64,000 nucleotides of DNA from Patescibacteria group bacterium (GTDB lineage: Bacteria > Patescibacteriota > Microgenomatia > UBA12405), in NCBI GenBank assembly GCA_018902845.1, contig JAHIPV010000009.1, forward strand, positions 8,950 to 72,949. The letters run 5' to 3'. The notes beneath the pieces are model-generated. The model was not told where the DNA came from, searched no databases, and saw only the letters and a list, made by a program, of their open reading frames with translations. Shown here piece after piece: positions 1 through 9,574 of this stretch. Within the stretch, counting starts at the first letter, position 1. Each line of letters begins with the position of its first letter. The translations under genes and the position numbers were made by a program.

Positions 1-425
1 ATGGTAATGAATAAATATAAAAACGGATTAAAAATTTTATATTGTAAAGAAAAAAGAAAAAAATAAATTGTTTTGATAGTATGACCAGAAGGGAAAGAAC
101 CGGTATCGTACCAGGACTGAACCAGGCCTTTGGGAAGTTTCATTTGCCCCCCTGCGGGTGACTGCGCTGGTGCTTGTTTTTGATACATTGGCCGTTTCCA
201 GTATGTTTTGTTTTTTAGAAACTTTTCTATAAATTCAGCCAAAACAGTTGCCAGTAAAATTTGCCAAAAAGTGTTGGCGTCTTTTTTGATAAGTAAAAAA
301 GAAATAAAAAATAGAAAAATCCAAATTAAATAGTTGAGAATGACAATGAGATTTTGGCCGAATTTAGAAGAATTAAGTTTTTCAAAAAAATCGGTTTTTG
401 ATTGCCAAAAAAAAATGTTTTTCAC
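1..425 (-). CDS. PAP2-family phosphatase (runs off the window edge), with a palindromic insert
   Basis: Manual translation from GTG at 425: ...WKRPMYQKQ-APAQSPAGGQ-MKLPKGLVQSWYDTGSFPSGHT; RP and SFPSGH are PAP2 motifs. Confidence 0.8.
   Translation of the reverse strand, partial: MKNIFFWQSKTDFFEKLNSSKFGQNLIVILNYLIWIFLFFISFLLIKKDANTFWQILLATVLAEFIEKFLKNKTYWKRPMYQKQAPAQSPAGGQMKLPKGLVQSWYDTGSFPSGHTIKTIYFFLFSLQYKIFNPFLYLFIT
146..169. repeat. Short hairpin repeat CCCCCTGCGGGTGACTGCGC, in frame in PAP2
   Basis: Near-identical copies at 20875, 23928 and 53043. Confidence 0.85.
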
Positions 426-433
426 TGGAGTTT

Positions 434-2089
434 TTATTTTATAAAAATTAAATATTGAGTTGAAGTGTTATCTTTTGAAATATCGCTTGCTTCAGAAGCT
501 TGGCTATTTTTGTAATCATTAAAAGTATAAGGTGTTTGATCAGTTTTTGAAATTATTGAATAATCTGAATAATCGTTTGTTGTAACGTATATGACTTGAC
601 CGGAAAGAGTTTTTGTGTAATCGGTTTGTTCGAGTTTCTGCCTGTGTAAATTTGGTATAAAATATTGAAGAGAATCATTGATTGAAACAAATTCTTTATG
701 AGCTTTATCTGTAAAATATAAAGTTTTATATTTGTTTTTTGGATCGATGGCTAATATTTTTTCTAATTTTTTTATAAAATTAAAATGAAGAGTTTGTTGG
801 CCTGAAAGCTTGGTGTTTAAATACTGGTTTTGATAGATATAGCCTGTAGATAAAAAAAAGATTAAGTAAGCACAAAGAATTTTTATTATATATTTATTTT
901 TAGTTATTTTTAATTTTTTTAATATTATTACAAAATTAGTGAAAAGAATGGGAAAAATAATTAGAGCGCGATGCAGACGATAATCAACTCCATAATAGCA
1001 ATAGCCGCGAGATATAACAGCAATAACCAAGACAGCAATTGCCCAAAGAGAGGCGAGACTATTTTGCCAAAAAAGGAAAAGTGGGGATAAAATTAAAAAA
1101 ATAAAGATAAAATTGAATACCGGTGAAACAAAATTTATCCCCATGGTTTGAAAAATAAGATGTTTAAAAGCCAATAGAAGGTCACTTGTTAATTCTGTAA
1201 TGTTTTTATCTCCGGTAATCTGAATGTCATTTCTAAATCCTAGAGAAATTAAAAAAAGAAGGAGAGATGAAATAAACAAAAAAATGAAAAAATATTTTTG
1301 TTTTTTATTGATGTTTTTATTAAAAAATAAACAGAAAATAATCATTAAGGAAAAAAAGAAAAGAGATAGGCTTGGTGTGTAAGAAAAAATGAGATAGTAG
1401 AGAATAAAAGCAAAAAGAAAAAGAGGGGTATTTTTTTTATCTTTTATATAATGAAGAAATAATCCACTAATTATAAGGGCAAAAGAAAAAGGGAAAATGC
1501 TCTGTTCAAAACTAAAAAGAAGACGGTTAAAAAAGTCAATGTGAAAAAAGGAGCTTAAAATTAATGCACCGACAAGATCGCCAAAAAGAGAAAAATTAAA
1601 ATATTTTAATATTGCTGAGGAGAAAATGATAAGACCTAAAATAAAATATAAAGCTCCCCCGGTATGAAGATTAATTAGGCTACGTCCAAAGAATAAAGAT
1701 GGTAAGGTCGGTAAAAAATATTGACGAGCAGGATAACCAAAAAGACAGGTTTGACGAAAACCTTTGTCCGGTGATTGTTCAATATGATTAAGAGCGCAGG
1801 CAATTTCTTGAGGGGTTTCTCCGCTTAGGTTTGTTGCTAAAGGAATATTTTTAAAAATAATAAAAAGCAAGAAAATAATTAAGGCTGAAGTAAAAATACT
1901 TTTTTTCTTTGGAATATAAAGGATAATTTCCCAAAAGCATTTACAGGCAAAAATAGCTACATAGAGATAAGAAAAAAACCATAAATAAGTTCCAAATTTG
2001 CCAAAAGGTAAAAATTTTATAGAAAAAATATCGATTATGACCAGTAAAATAAAAGTTAGATAACCGGTAGAAAGATATAGCTTTTTCAC
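434..2089 (-). CDS. Multi-pass membrane protein, probable GT-C-like glycosyltransferase
   Basis: 551 aa, many hydrophobic helices, glycan-locus context. Confidence 0.55.
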   Translation of the reverse strand: MKKLYLSTGYLTFILLVIIDIFSIKFLPFGKFGTYLWFFSYLYVAIFACKCFWEIILYIPKKKSIFTSALIIFLLFIIFKNIPLATNLSGETPQEIACALNHIEQSPDKGFRQTCLFGYPARQYFLPTLPSLFFGRSLINLHTGGALYFILGLIIFSSAILKYFNFSLFGDLVGALILSSFFHIDFFNRLLFSFEQSIFPFSFALIISGLFLHYIKDKKNTPLFLFAFILYYLIFSYTPSLSLFFFSLMIIFCLFFNKNINKKQKYFFIFLFISSLLLFLISLGFRNDIQITGDKNITELTSDLLLAFKHLIFQTMGINFVSPVFNFIFIFLILSPLFLFWQNSLASLWAIAVLVIAVISRGYCYYGVDYRLHRALIIFPILFTNFVIILKKLKITKNKYIIKILCAYLIFFLSTGYIYQNQYLNTKLSGQQTLHFNFIKKLEKILAIDPKNKYKTLYFTDKAHKEFVSINDSLQYFIPNLHRQKLEQTDYTKTLSGQVIYVTTNDYSDYSIISKTDQTPYTFNDYKNSQASEASDISKDNTSTQYLIFIK

Positions 2090-2107
2090 TAGTCAAGTAT
2101 ACTAGAT

Positions 2108-3334
2108 GTGATGAAAAGGATTTTGATTTCTTGTACTTATTATGAACCAAATATTTCTGGAGTGACTGTATACGCCAGAATTTTGGCTGAAAAGATGGTT
2201 GGTGAAGGCTTTGACATAACCGTATTAAGTTCCAGATTTCAAAAAAACTTGGCAAAACAAAAAACAAAAAATGGAGTGAAAATAAAAAGATCTAGGGTAC
2301 TGTTTAGACTGAGCAAGGGTGTTTTTATGCCATTTTTCTGGCTGGATGCAATAAAAGAAGTTAAAAAAACGGATATTGTCAATTGTCATTTGCCACAAGT
2401 GGAATCTTTTATTTTGGCCATATTGGCAAAAATTTTTAAAAAAAGATTAATAGTAACGCATCATTGTGAATTTGGAATTGATGGGCTTTGGCACAATAAA
2501 ATAATCGGCTTAGTCACCTACCCTTTTCATTTTTTAACTTACTTATTAGCTGACAAAATCGTTTCTTATACAAAAGATTACGCTTATGTCTCAATTTTTT
2601 TGAGATTTTTTAAGAAAAAACTTATTTTTGTTTTACCACCGGCAGTGGTGGGAAAAGAAAATAAATTAAAAATCAAAGAGATCCTTCGGTCGCTAGAGCT
2701 TCCTTGGGATGACGGCGAGAGCGTCATTCTGAGCGGAAGCGAAGAATCCCAAATGAAATGCTTAACTCCCACGGGATCCCTCGACTTCGCTCGGGATGAC
2801 AGTGTCAAAATAATCGGATATGTGGGTAGAATTGGGTGGGAGAAAGGGCTAAATTTTTTGATTATGGCATGTAAAAAAATTAACGAAAAAAGAAAAGTCA
2901 AACTAGTATTGGTAGGGCCATATGAAAATGTGGCCGGAGATGGGAGTTATAAAAAATTAAGAGGATTAATCAAAAAAAATAAAGACTTGGTGGTTTTGCT
3001 TGGAGCAATAGACCATGAGGATTTGGCTAATTTTTATAAAACTTGTGATTGCTTGGTTTTGCCAAGCACTAATAATTTGGAAACTTTTGGGATTGTACAA
3101 ATTGAGGCGATGGTGTCGGGATGCGGTGTAGTGGCGTCTGATTTACCTGGGGTAAGAATGCCGGTTAAATTAACCGGAATGGGAAAAATTGCAAAAATTG
3201 GGGATAGCAATGATCTGGCAAAAAAAATAGAACAAGTTTTGGAGAGTAAGTACAGCAAAAAACAGATTAAAAAAGCTAGGGAGATTTTTAGTTCGGAAAG
3301 ATTTATTAAAGAATATAAAAAGATTTTCTGGTAA
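2108..3334 (+). CDS. Glycosyltransferase family 4 with a ~42-aa repeat-derived insert
   Basis: YVGRIGWEKG and LPSTNNLETFGIVQIEAM motifs. Confidence 0.9.
   Translation: MMKRILISCTYYEPNISGVTVYARILAEKMVGEGFDITVLSSRFQKNLAKQKTKNGVKIKRSRVLFRLSKGVFMPFFWLDAIKEVKKTDIVNCHLPQVESFILAILAKIFKKRLIVTHHCEFGIDGLWHNKIIGLVTYPFHFLTYLLADKIVSYTKDYAYVSIFLRFFKKKLIFVLPPAVVGKENKLKIKEILRSLELPWDDGESVILSGSEESQMKCLTPTGSLDFARDDSVKIIGYVGRIGWEKGLNFLIMACKKINEKRKVKLVLVGPYENVAGDGSYKKLRGLIKKNKDLVVLLGAIDHEDLANFYKTCDCLVLPSTNNLETFGIVQIEAMVSGCGVVASDLPGVRMPVKLTGMGKIAKIGDSNDLAKKIEQVLESKYSKKQIKKAREIFSSERFIKEYKKIFW
2677..2802. repeat. Composite GTCAT/ATGAC palindromic element, in frame in GT4
   Basis: gatccttcgg...gggatgac, cgtcattctgagcggaagcgaagaatc, gggatccctcgacttcgctcgggatgac. 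Confidence 0.9.
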
Positions 3335-3344
3335 AATTGAGTAT

Positions 3345-3551
3345 ATGTATGATTGGAGTACTGACACAACAAGGCTAATAAAGGATAAAGATGCGTGGGA
3401 GAAATGGAAATTAGAGCAAATGATTAATTTTGGTTTAAACGGCAAAAAACTCTCAAAATTAAAATTAAAAAAGTATTGGGATGAATTAGATATAGATCCT
3501 GATAAAAGAAATTATTTAAAGTTTTTGCTATGGGAAGATCCTAATTATTGA
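3345..3551 (+). CDS. Small hypothetical protein, possible orphan partner of a nucleotidyltransferase toxin
   Basis: 68-aa ORF preceded by TAAAAT; family assignment from recollection only. Confidence 0.55.
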   Translation: MYDWSTDTTRLIKDKDAWEKWKLEQMINFGLNGKKLSKLKLKKYWDELDIDPDKRNYLKFLLWEDPNY

Positions 3552-3576
3552 CTTTTGTTAATACTGAGTATATGAT
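3548..3576 (+). promoter_or_regulatory. Sigma70-type promoter of the AbrB-PIN cassette
   Basis: TTGACT-17nt-TATGAT, 6 nt before ATG 3583. Confidence 0.65.
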
Positions 3577-3582
3577 ATTAAT

Positions 3583-3822
3583 ATGTTGCAATTAATAACA
3601 ATAACACCAAATTGGCAATTTTATATTCCAGGAAATATTAGAAAACAAATAAAATTAAACAGACCAACAAAAGCTAAAATAAGTGTAAAGAATAAAAAAA
3701 TCGTTATTGAACCAATTAAAAGTAAAATATTGACTGGTGCCGGTATGTTTGCCGGCTCTAAGCCAAACAGAAAGATCGATGTTGATAATATCCGGGATTT
3801 TATAGATTATTCGCAATGGTGA
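3583..3822 (+). CDS. AbrB/MazE-family antitoxin
   Basis: TITPNWQFYIPGNIRKQI pattern; overlaps the downstream PIN gene. Confidence 0.8.
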   Translation: MLQLITITPNWQFYIPGNIRKQIKLNRPTKAKISVKNKKIVIEPIKSKILTGAGMFAGSKPNRKIDVDNIRDFIDYSQW

Positions 3823-4235
3823 AAATAAAAAAAGTTTTTATTGATACAAATTTTTGGATTCGTTATTTTACTAAAGACAACGAAATTCAATATAAGGCAA
3901 CGGTTGATTTGGTTGAAAAAATTGAGTCTGGTAAGTTTCGTCCTTTTATTTCTGCCATTGTTTTTCTTGAAATTAACTTCGTTCTTTCTCAATTGTACGA
4001 TAAAAATTTAAAGCAAATAAATAAATGCTTTGATTTGATAATGTCATTAAGAAACCTTGTTATTGTAAATAAAACTGATTTTGAAAAAGCTTTAAAATGG
4101 CATAGGAATTTGAAAATTAAACTACCAGATTGCCTAATCGCATCTTGTCTTCCAGATAATTGTGTTTTAGTAAGTTGGGATAAAGATTTTAATAAAATAA
4201 AAGAGATTGATAGTAAAAAACCTAGCGAGTTTTAA
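3816..4235 (+). CDS. PIN-domain (VapC-like) toxin
   Basis: VFIDTN, D-x-L-I-A and SWDKDF motifs. Confidence 0.9.
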   Translation: MVKIKKVFIDTNFWIRYFTKDNEIQYKATVDLVEKIESGKFRPFISAIVFLEINFVLSQLYDKNLKQINKCFDLIMSLRNLVIVNKTDFEKALKWHRNLKIKLPDCLIASCLPDNCVLVSWDKDFNKIKEIDSKKPSEF

Positions 4236-5029
4236 TTCTTTGTTGCAAATAAAAAGCCTATGTTATTGTGAATTGGGTTTGGGTGAGTTTTGATTTTAAA
4301 ACCATTTTTACTAAAAGTATTGATTAAATCTTTAAGCTTGTTTGTGGGATTAAATAAATGATATTCCATGATAATATTTTCGATTTTTTGATAAGTTTCT
4401 TTGTTTAAATTAAGAAAAATATCAAATTCGGCGCCTTCACAATCACATTTAAGCAAATTACAAGTTTTGATTTTGTTAACTTGAAAATATTTTGATAATG
4501 GCATTGATTTTACTCTCTCTCTCTCTCTCTCTCTCTCGATTCCGACTTCTTGAATTGTCCTCGTGTTTAGAAAGTTGGAACTGTTTATATTCAGAGTTAT
4601 ATTATTATTTGTGGCAATGGCAAGATTGTTTGTAAAAATATTTTTTATTTTATTTTGAGTTATATTTTTTTGTAAAAGTTTACATGATTCAAAGAAAGGT
4701 TCAATTGCATAAATTGTATTAGATTTAGATTTTTTGGCGGCAAAAATTGAAAAATCCCCCACTCCCGCCCCTATGTCAATTATTATCCAGTTTTTTTTAA
4801 TTTTTATTCCAAAAACTTCATAATCTTTTTTTAGATAAGTCTCTGTTAAAACCCACAAATCCATTATGTTTCGCAGTTGGAATTTTGTTTTGTCTTTTAA
4901 AACAATGGTCGTGTTTTTGCTTGTATGAAAAATTTGATTAAAAAATAATTTTGATAGAGAAAAAGTCGGATGTTTAATGTTTGTAAACAAAACAAATAAA
5001 GTTTGAAGATAATAAAATATTTTTTTCAT
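4232..5029 (-). CDS. FkbM-family methyltransferase containing a (GA)n tract
   Basis: IDIGAGVG and LKCDCEGAE motifs. Confidence 0.9.
   Translation of the reverse strand: MKKIFYYLQTLFVLFTNIKHPTFSLSKLFFNQIFHTSKNTTIVLKDKTKFQLRNIMDLWVLTETYLKKDYEVFGIKIKKNWIIIDIGAGVGDFSIFAAKKSKSNTIYAIEPFFESCKLLQKNITQNKIKNIFTNNLAIATNNNITLNINSSNFLNTRTIQEVGIERERERERVKSMPLSKYFQVNKIKTCNLLKCDCEGAEFDIFLNLNKETYQKIENIIMEYHLFNPTNKLKDLINTFSKNGFKIKTHPNPIHNNIGFLFATKN
4513..4537. repeat. (CT)12C dinucleotide microsatellite encoding ERERERER
   Basis: Read directly. Confidence 0.95.
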
Positions 5030-6936
5030 TTTTTCTTAAAAATTAAAACTTTGGGGTGGTCGTAGACGGTGAAGGCTTCTTCGGATGTGTCGTCGCGGAT
5101 GTAAATACCGGGGTATAGGCATTGGCTATCAATAGTAAACCATTTATTTGTTTTTTCTTTGTAAGGAAAATTGGTGGGGCCGAAATAATAACATTTTTTT
5201 AAAAATGGCAGGTTTATCCCTGGGTAAGAATTAATTTCTATTAATTTTGTAAAACTTAATTTTTCATCAAAGAGGTTTTGGTAAAATTTTGATGTTTGGG
5301 GATATTTGTTTGGTACTGGCGGGATGGAACCCCAAAGACGATTTGATGACATGATCATATAATCGGCATTATTTATAATTGGACTTAATCTTTGCCATTT
5401 TTCTGGTGTGTCTGGATCGTAAAGCGATAGCATTTGACCACTGTAACTGCTGGCAGTTTGTTTTGGTAAGTTTAATGGAAGAGGATCGTCCCAATATTCA
5501 TTTGTAATTAAGGATTCAATGGGAATATTTTTGTAAATCCAGTTTGATGCCTGAACGCGGGAATGAGGGCGGGAATAGATAGATAGAAAAGAAATGCAAA
5601 ATATAAAATGGAAAATAAAAGTAGTAAAAATGAATTTTAAATTAGAGGTTGGCTTGATAGCGAGCAAACATATAAATGGGTAGATTGGTAAAAAATAACG
5701 CATAGTAGTGACAAATTGAGAGCCCTGAAAAAAGAAAAGAAGGATAATCCAAGCCAACAAGAGAAAAACAATAGGATTGTGATTTTTTAAGATTTTGAGT
5801 TTTGTTCCAAAATCAGTGGTTATAAGATTCCTCGACTTCGCTCGGAATGACACGATTGTTTTGAGAGTGAAACTGATAATTTTAAAAAGTGAAATGAAAA
5901 ATAGGATTGATAGAGGTAAACCAATGCCCCAGAAAACAAGATTTTTTAGGGGGAAAAGAATGGGAGTTTTACTTAGCCATTGAACGGCTGGTGGAAACCA
6001 AGCATCTGGATCATTAAACGACTGAAGTGTTTTTAAATTGTCAATAAACTGAGGGTTGGGTTTGATAAGGGAAACAAAAGCGTATGGCTGAACAAGACGA
6101 AAAACAAGAAAAGTAGTTAGCAAAAAGTAAGATCCGAGAAAAATTAACTTGATTAAACGAATGATATTAAAAAAGTTTTTGGTTTTAAAAAAATAAAACA
6201 AAAAGAATAAAGCAATAACTGGAGAAAAAAGAAGAGCAGAAATTTTAGATGCCATGGCAAGACCAAAAAAAATTGGCGAGAGAAGTAAACTCCAGCTCTG
6301 CTGGAGACCTCGAACAAGTCGAGAGATCCCTCGACTACGCTCGGGATGACAGTTTCTTTTTGTTAGCCAGTGAGATAATAGTGTAAAAGTGGCGAAAATA
6401 AAGAAGTTTAAGAAAGTGTCAACGGCAAAAAAATGAGAGAGCTGAATTGGAAAAATACAGGTTGCGTAGAAAAGGCTGGGAAGAAAATATAATAACGGCC
6501 AGGTGTTTTTTGACTTGGGTGAGGTTTTGTTGCGACTGTATAATGGTTGTTTCTTGAAAATTAACTTTGAAATAAGATACAAGGAAAAAATGTTTAGGGA
6601 ATCAAAAAAAGCTGAAAGTGCGCGACCCAGAAAGTGAATTTTACCGTAAGAATCGAGATTTAGTATGGTGGCTAAATATTTTGTCAAAAAAATAGGAAAG
6701 GTGCCATAAACAAAAAACTGATATTCTTTATAGTTGTATGGATTTAGCGGAGAGATATTAGTATTTAGGTATTGTGTAAAGGAAATCGGAAGTTTTATTC
6801 TTTCGGTTACCATGGTCAAAAATCTTTCGTCTGGGTGGAGATGCTGATCGTTGTCCCAATTAATACCGTAAAGACGAAGAGACAAGGCAAAGAGGAAGAT
6901 AAGGATTAAAATTATTTTGTTTTTATGATTTTTCAT
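5026..6936 (-). CDS. GT-C (ArnT/PMT-like) membrane glycosyltransferase with repeat inserts
   Basis: HLHPDER, YGTFP and VYDHPKV motifs; many TM helices. Confidence 0.8.
   Translation of the reverse strand: MKNHKNKIILILIFLFALSLRLYGINWDNDQHLHPDERFLTMVTERIKLPISFTQYLNTNISPLNPYNYKEYQFFVYGTFPIFLTKYLATILNLDSYGKIHFLGRALSAFFDSLNIFSLYLISKLIFKKQPLYSRNKTSPKSKNTWPLLYFLPSLFYATCIFPIQLSHFFAVDTFLNFFIFATFTLLSHWLTKRNCHPERSRGISRLVRGLQQSWSLLLSPIFFGLAMASKISALLFSPVIALFFLFYFFKTKNFFNIIRLIKLIFLGSYFLLTTFLVFRLVQPYAFVSLIKPNPQFIDNLKTLQSFNDPDAWFPPAVQWLSKTPILFPLKNLVFWGIGLPLSILFFISLFKIISFTLKTIVSFRAKSRNLITTDFGTKLKILKNHNPIVFLLLAWIILLFFFQGSQFVTTMRYFLPIYPFICLLAIKPTSNLKFIFTTFIFHFIFCISFLSIYSRPHSRVQASNWIYKNIPIESLITNEYWDDPLPLNLPKQTASSYSGQMLSLYDPDTPEKWQRLSPIINNADYMIMSSNRLWGSIPPVPNKYPQTSKFYQNLFDEKLSFTKLIEINSYPGINLPFLKKCYYFGPTNFPYKEKTNKWFTIDSQCLYPGIYIRDDTSEEAFTVYDHPKVLIFKKK
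5825..5853. repeat. Solo palindromic element, in frame (VSFRAKSRNL)
   Basis: agattcctcgacttcgctcggaatgac. Confidence 0.9.
6304..6352. repeat. Solo palindromic element, in frame (CHPERSRGISRLVRGL)
   Basis: tcgaacaagtcgagagatccctcgactacgctcgggatgac; sibling at 53216. Confidence 0.9.
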
Positions 6937-8660
6937 AAAATTAAGTCTTCTATTTCTTCTTTTGATAAATAATTTTGTTTTTTGTAAATTCTTATAACAG
7001 GATGATCAAATACGGAAAAGGTTTCTTCGGCATTTTCATCTGATAAAAGGAACGGAAAAACTGAAAACTGTTTTAATTTTTCAAATCCCAGTTTACCAGA
7101 AAAAAGAGTTTGGTAATATTTCTGAGAGTATGGAAAAAGGGATCCTTCTCCCGCCACGGCGGGATCAGGATGACGACGGTATTGGTTTTTGAAGATACGG
7201 CGGGATGGTATAAGTATGTAATCACTCTGATGAATCTGTTCTACTAACAGTTTTGGTGAATCAGGATCGCTGTCCAAATTGTAAAAATCAAAATTGTGTA
7301 CGTCTAACTGATGCTGATTAACCGGTACGTTTATAACATTGCCGGCTTCAGAAAGAATTTTTGTATGAGGCAAGAGGTTATTTTTAAGCCAATCAGAGGC
7401 AGTTATGCGAATATCTGGTTTTAAATAAATTGAAAAAAATATAATTCCGGGTAATATTGAAAAAATGATTAATATTTTTGATAAAAATTTGTATTTTTTG
7501 ATCTGTTGAAAAAAAACGATTGATAAAAAAGGAAAAACAAAAAAAATCGGAGACATGAAACGAGACCATTTGGTGTAAAGAAAAGAATTGTAAAAAAAAT
7601 AGACAAGAGCAGGAATGAGAACGACTAGCCAGTTAATTAATGTGTCATCCCGCTTAGCGGGACGTGGTGATCTCGTAGGAAATGTAAAAGATGTGGTTGT
7701 AACTCCGGCGGGATTGCCACGTCGTAAAACTCCTCGCAATGACAGAATTGCTCCAATTATTGCAAATAGCAATACAGGCGGGCCGACGGCGTAGGGGAAA
7801 ATTTTGGTAAATTGAAAAAGAATTGGTGTGGAGTTTAAAAACTGGTTAGTGTAGAACATTTTAGTTTTTCCCATAGCAACAGAGGTTTCATAATTTAAGG
7901 TTGATCTAAAATCAGGTCCGGCAATAAGGTTGAATGGAGAAAAAATTATGAAAAATAGAGTGCTATTGAGTAAAAGAAAAGAAGTGAGAAGAAGTAGGTA
8001 ATTTTTTTTATTTTTTTTAAAAAAAGCAAAAAAAATAGACAAAAGCATTGGACCAAGAAAAAAAAGAGAAGTGATTTTTGAAGCCAAGCCAATACCGGTG
8101 ATAATCGAGGATAAAAATATACTTACCAGAGATTGATTTTGATAAAAATTGAGAGCCAAAAATATGTTTATGGCGAAAACGAAAATAAGCAAGGATTCGG
8201 TGGTACCAAAATGAGCTAATTGTATTAAGGCCGGTGTAAAAATTAAAAATAAAAGCAATAAAACACTTTGTTTAAATGAAAAAAATAATTTTTTGGAAAT
8301 TAAATAAAAAATGAAAACTGAAATTGAAGAAAAAAGAGATGAATAAAACCTCAGCATCAAAACAGAGTTAATAAAATTATTTGGTAGTTTTAATGAATAA
8401 AGAGTGAAAAAAGCCAGATAGAGAGGAAATTGACCATAAGCAAAAAAATGAGGGTTTAAGTCCGTTATTTTTAATTTTGATATAGCAGTGGCCATATTGT
8501 TTTCATCCGGATGAAAAAAATAAGAATCCGCCCAATCAAGTTTATAAAAACGAGTGAGGATAGTAAGAAAAAAGAGAAAAAAGATTAAAAATGTTTTTTT
8601 TGAGAAAAACGCTTCGCTAGATTTTTGGGGCTGTTTTTTAAATAACATAGATAATAGCAA
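6933..8660 (-). CDS. GT-C (ArnT/PMT-like) membrane glycosyltransferase with repeat inserts
   Basis: FHPDE, AYGQFP and VFDHP motifs; paralog of the neighbouring gene. Confidence 0.8.
   Translation of the reverse strand: MLLSMLFKKQPQKSSEAFFSKKTFLIFFLFFLTILTRFYKLDWADSYFFHPDENNMATAISKLKITDLNPHFFAYGQFPLYLAFFTLYSLKLPNNFINSVLMLRFYSSLFSSISVFIFYLISKKLFFSFKQSVLLLLFLIFTPALIQLAHFGTTESLLIFVFAINIFLALNFYQNQSLVSIFLSSIITGIGLASKITSLFFLGPMLLSIFFAFFKKNKKNYLLLLTSFLLLNSTLFFIIFSPFNLIAGPDFRSTLNYETSVAMGKTKMFYTNQFLNSTPILFQFTKIFPYAVGPPVLLFAIIGAILSLRGVLRRGNPAGVTTTSFTFPTRSPRPAKRDDTLINWLVVLIPALVYFFYNSFLYTKWSRFMSPIFFVFPFLSIVFFQQIKKYKFLSKILIIFSILPGIIFFSIYLKPDIRITASDWLKNNLLPHTKILSEAGNVINVPVNQHQLDVHNFDFYNLDSDPDSPKLLVEQIHQSDYILIPSRRIFKNQYRRHPDPAVAGEGSLFPYSQKYYQTLFSGKLGFEKLKQFSVFPFLLSDENAEETFSVFDHPVIRIYKKQNYLSKEEIEDLIL
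7139..7175. repeat. Solo palindromic element, in frame (RHPDPAVAGEGS)
   Basis: ggatccttctcccgccacggcgggatcaggatgacg. Confidence 0.9.
7642..7745. repeat. Paired palindromic element, in frame (SLRGVLRRGNP...PAKRDD)
   Basis: gtcatcccgcttagcggga...gggattgccacgtcgtaaaactcctcgcaatgac. Confidence 0.9.
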
Positions 8661-9573
8661 TCATCATTAGTCCCCAGGAAAGTACAGAAATCAAAATTGG
8701 TATATCGGTGGCGATTATTTTTTCTGGTCTTTCGCCTTCCTGCATTTCAAAGATTATTTGACCATATCTCATGATACCGATTATGACAGGAAACAAAGTT
8801 ATCATATACCATTTGCGATTAAGGGCTTTTGGGATGTTATTTAAAAGAAATTGATGAATTAATCCATCAAAATGAACCGGTTCTTCAAAAAAAGTGAACA
8901 TAGCGTATGTAATAAGAGTGGCAACGGCAAAAATAGATGAATAAAAATTAAGCAAAGCTTTTGTATAGCCCTGTAAGGCTGGTCTGGTTTTTTTACCGGT
9001 ACCAACCAATTCGCTCCTGCGTTTACCACTGGCGATAAAAAGAGAAAGAAAAATAACCGTAAGCATTAACCAAACCGGAAGATGATAACCAGTGGCCAAT
9101 TCACCAGCATAGACACGAATGATAAAAAATAACGATATGCCCAAAATGTCGAAAAGTGCTTTCTTTTTGAAAACAAATGAGTACATAAATTGAAGACAAA
9201 TAAATAGAAGAGAAGTCACAAAAAATGAGATATTGATTGACAAAGAAATAAAAAGACCCAAGATTGCCAAGAGAAAAGAGACAAAGATAGCTTCGTTTTT
9301 TAATAAAACACCACGAGCCAAGGGGCGGTTACATTTGGTAGGGTGCATTTTATCTTTTTCTATATCTACAATATCGTTAACCAGATAAGACGAAGACGAT
9401 AAAAAAGAAAAAGTGCAAAAAGCCAGAATTGATTTTAACAAAAGACTGGAATCTAGTAGTTGACCGTTGATAATTAAAGCGGCAAAAAGACTGAGATTTT
9501 TTATCCATTGTGTTGGCCTTAAGGCCTCAAAAACGGACAAAAACTTAGAGTTTTTATTATTTTGACCCGACAC
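8638..9573 (-). CDS. UbiA-family prenyltransferase (decaprenyl-phosphate phosphoribosyltransferase-like)
   Basis: LRPTQWIKN, NDIVDIEKD and HPTKCNRPLA motifs. Confidence 0.88.
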   Translation of the reverse strand: MSGQNNKNSKFLSVFEALRPTQWIKNLSLFAALIINGQLLDSSLLLKSILAFCTFSFLSSSSYLVNDIVDIEKDKMHPTKCNRPLARGVLLKNEAIFVSFLLAILGLFISLSINISFFVTSLLFICLQFMYSFVFKKKALFDILGISLFFIIRVYAGELATGYHLPVWLMLTVIFLSLFIASGKRRSELVGTGKKTRPALQGYTKALLNFYSSIFAVATLITYAMFTFFEEPVHFDGLIHQFLLNNIPKALNRKWYMITLFPVIIGIMRYGQIIFEMQEGERPEKIIATDIPILISVLSWGLMMIAIIYVI

Positions 9574-9574
9574 A

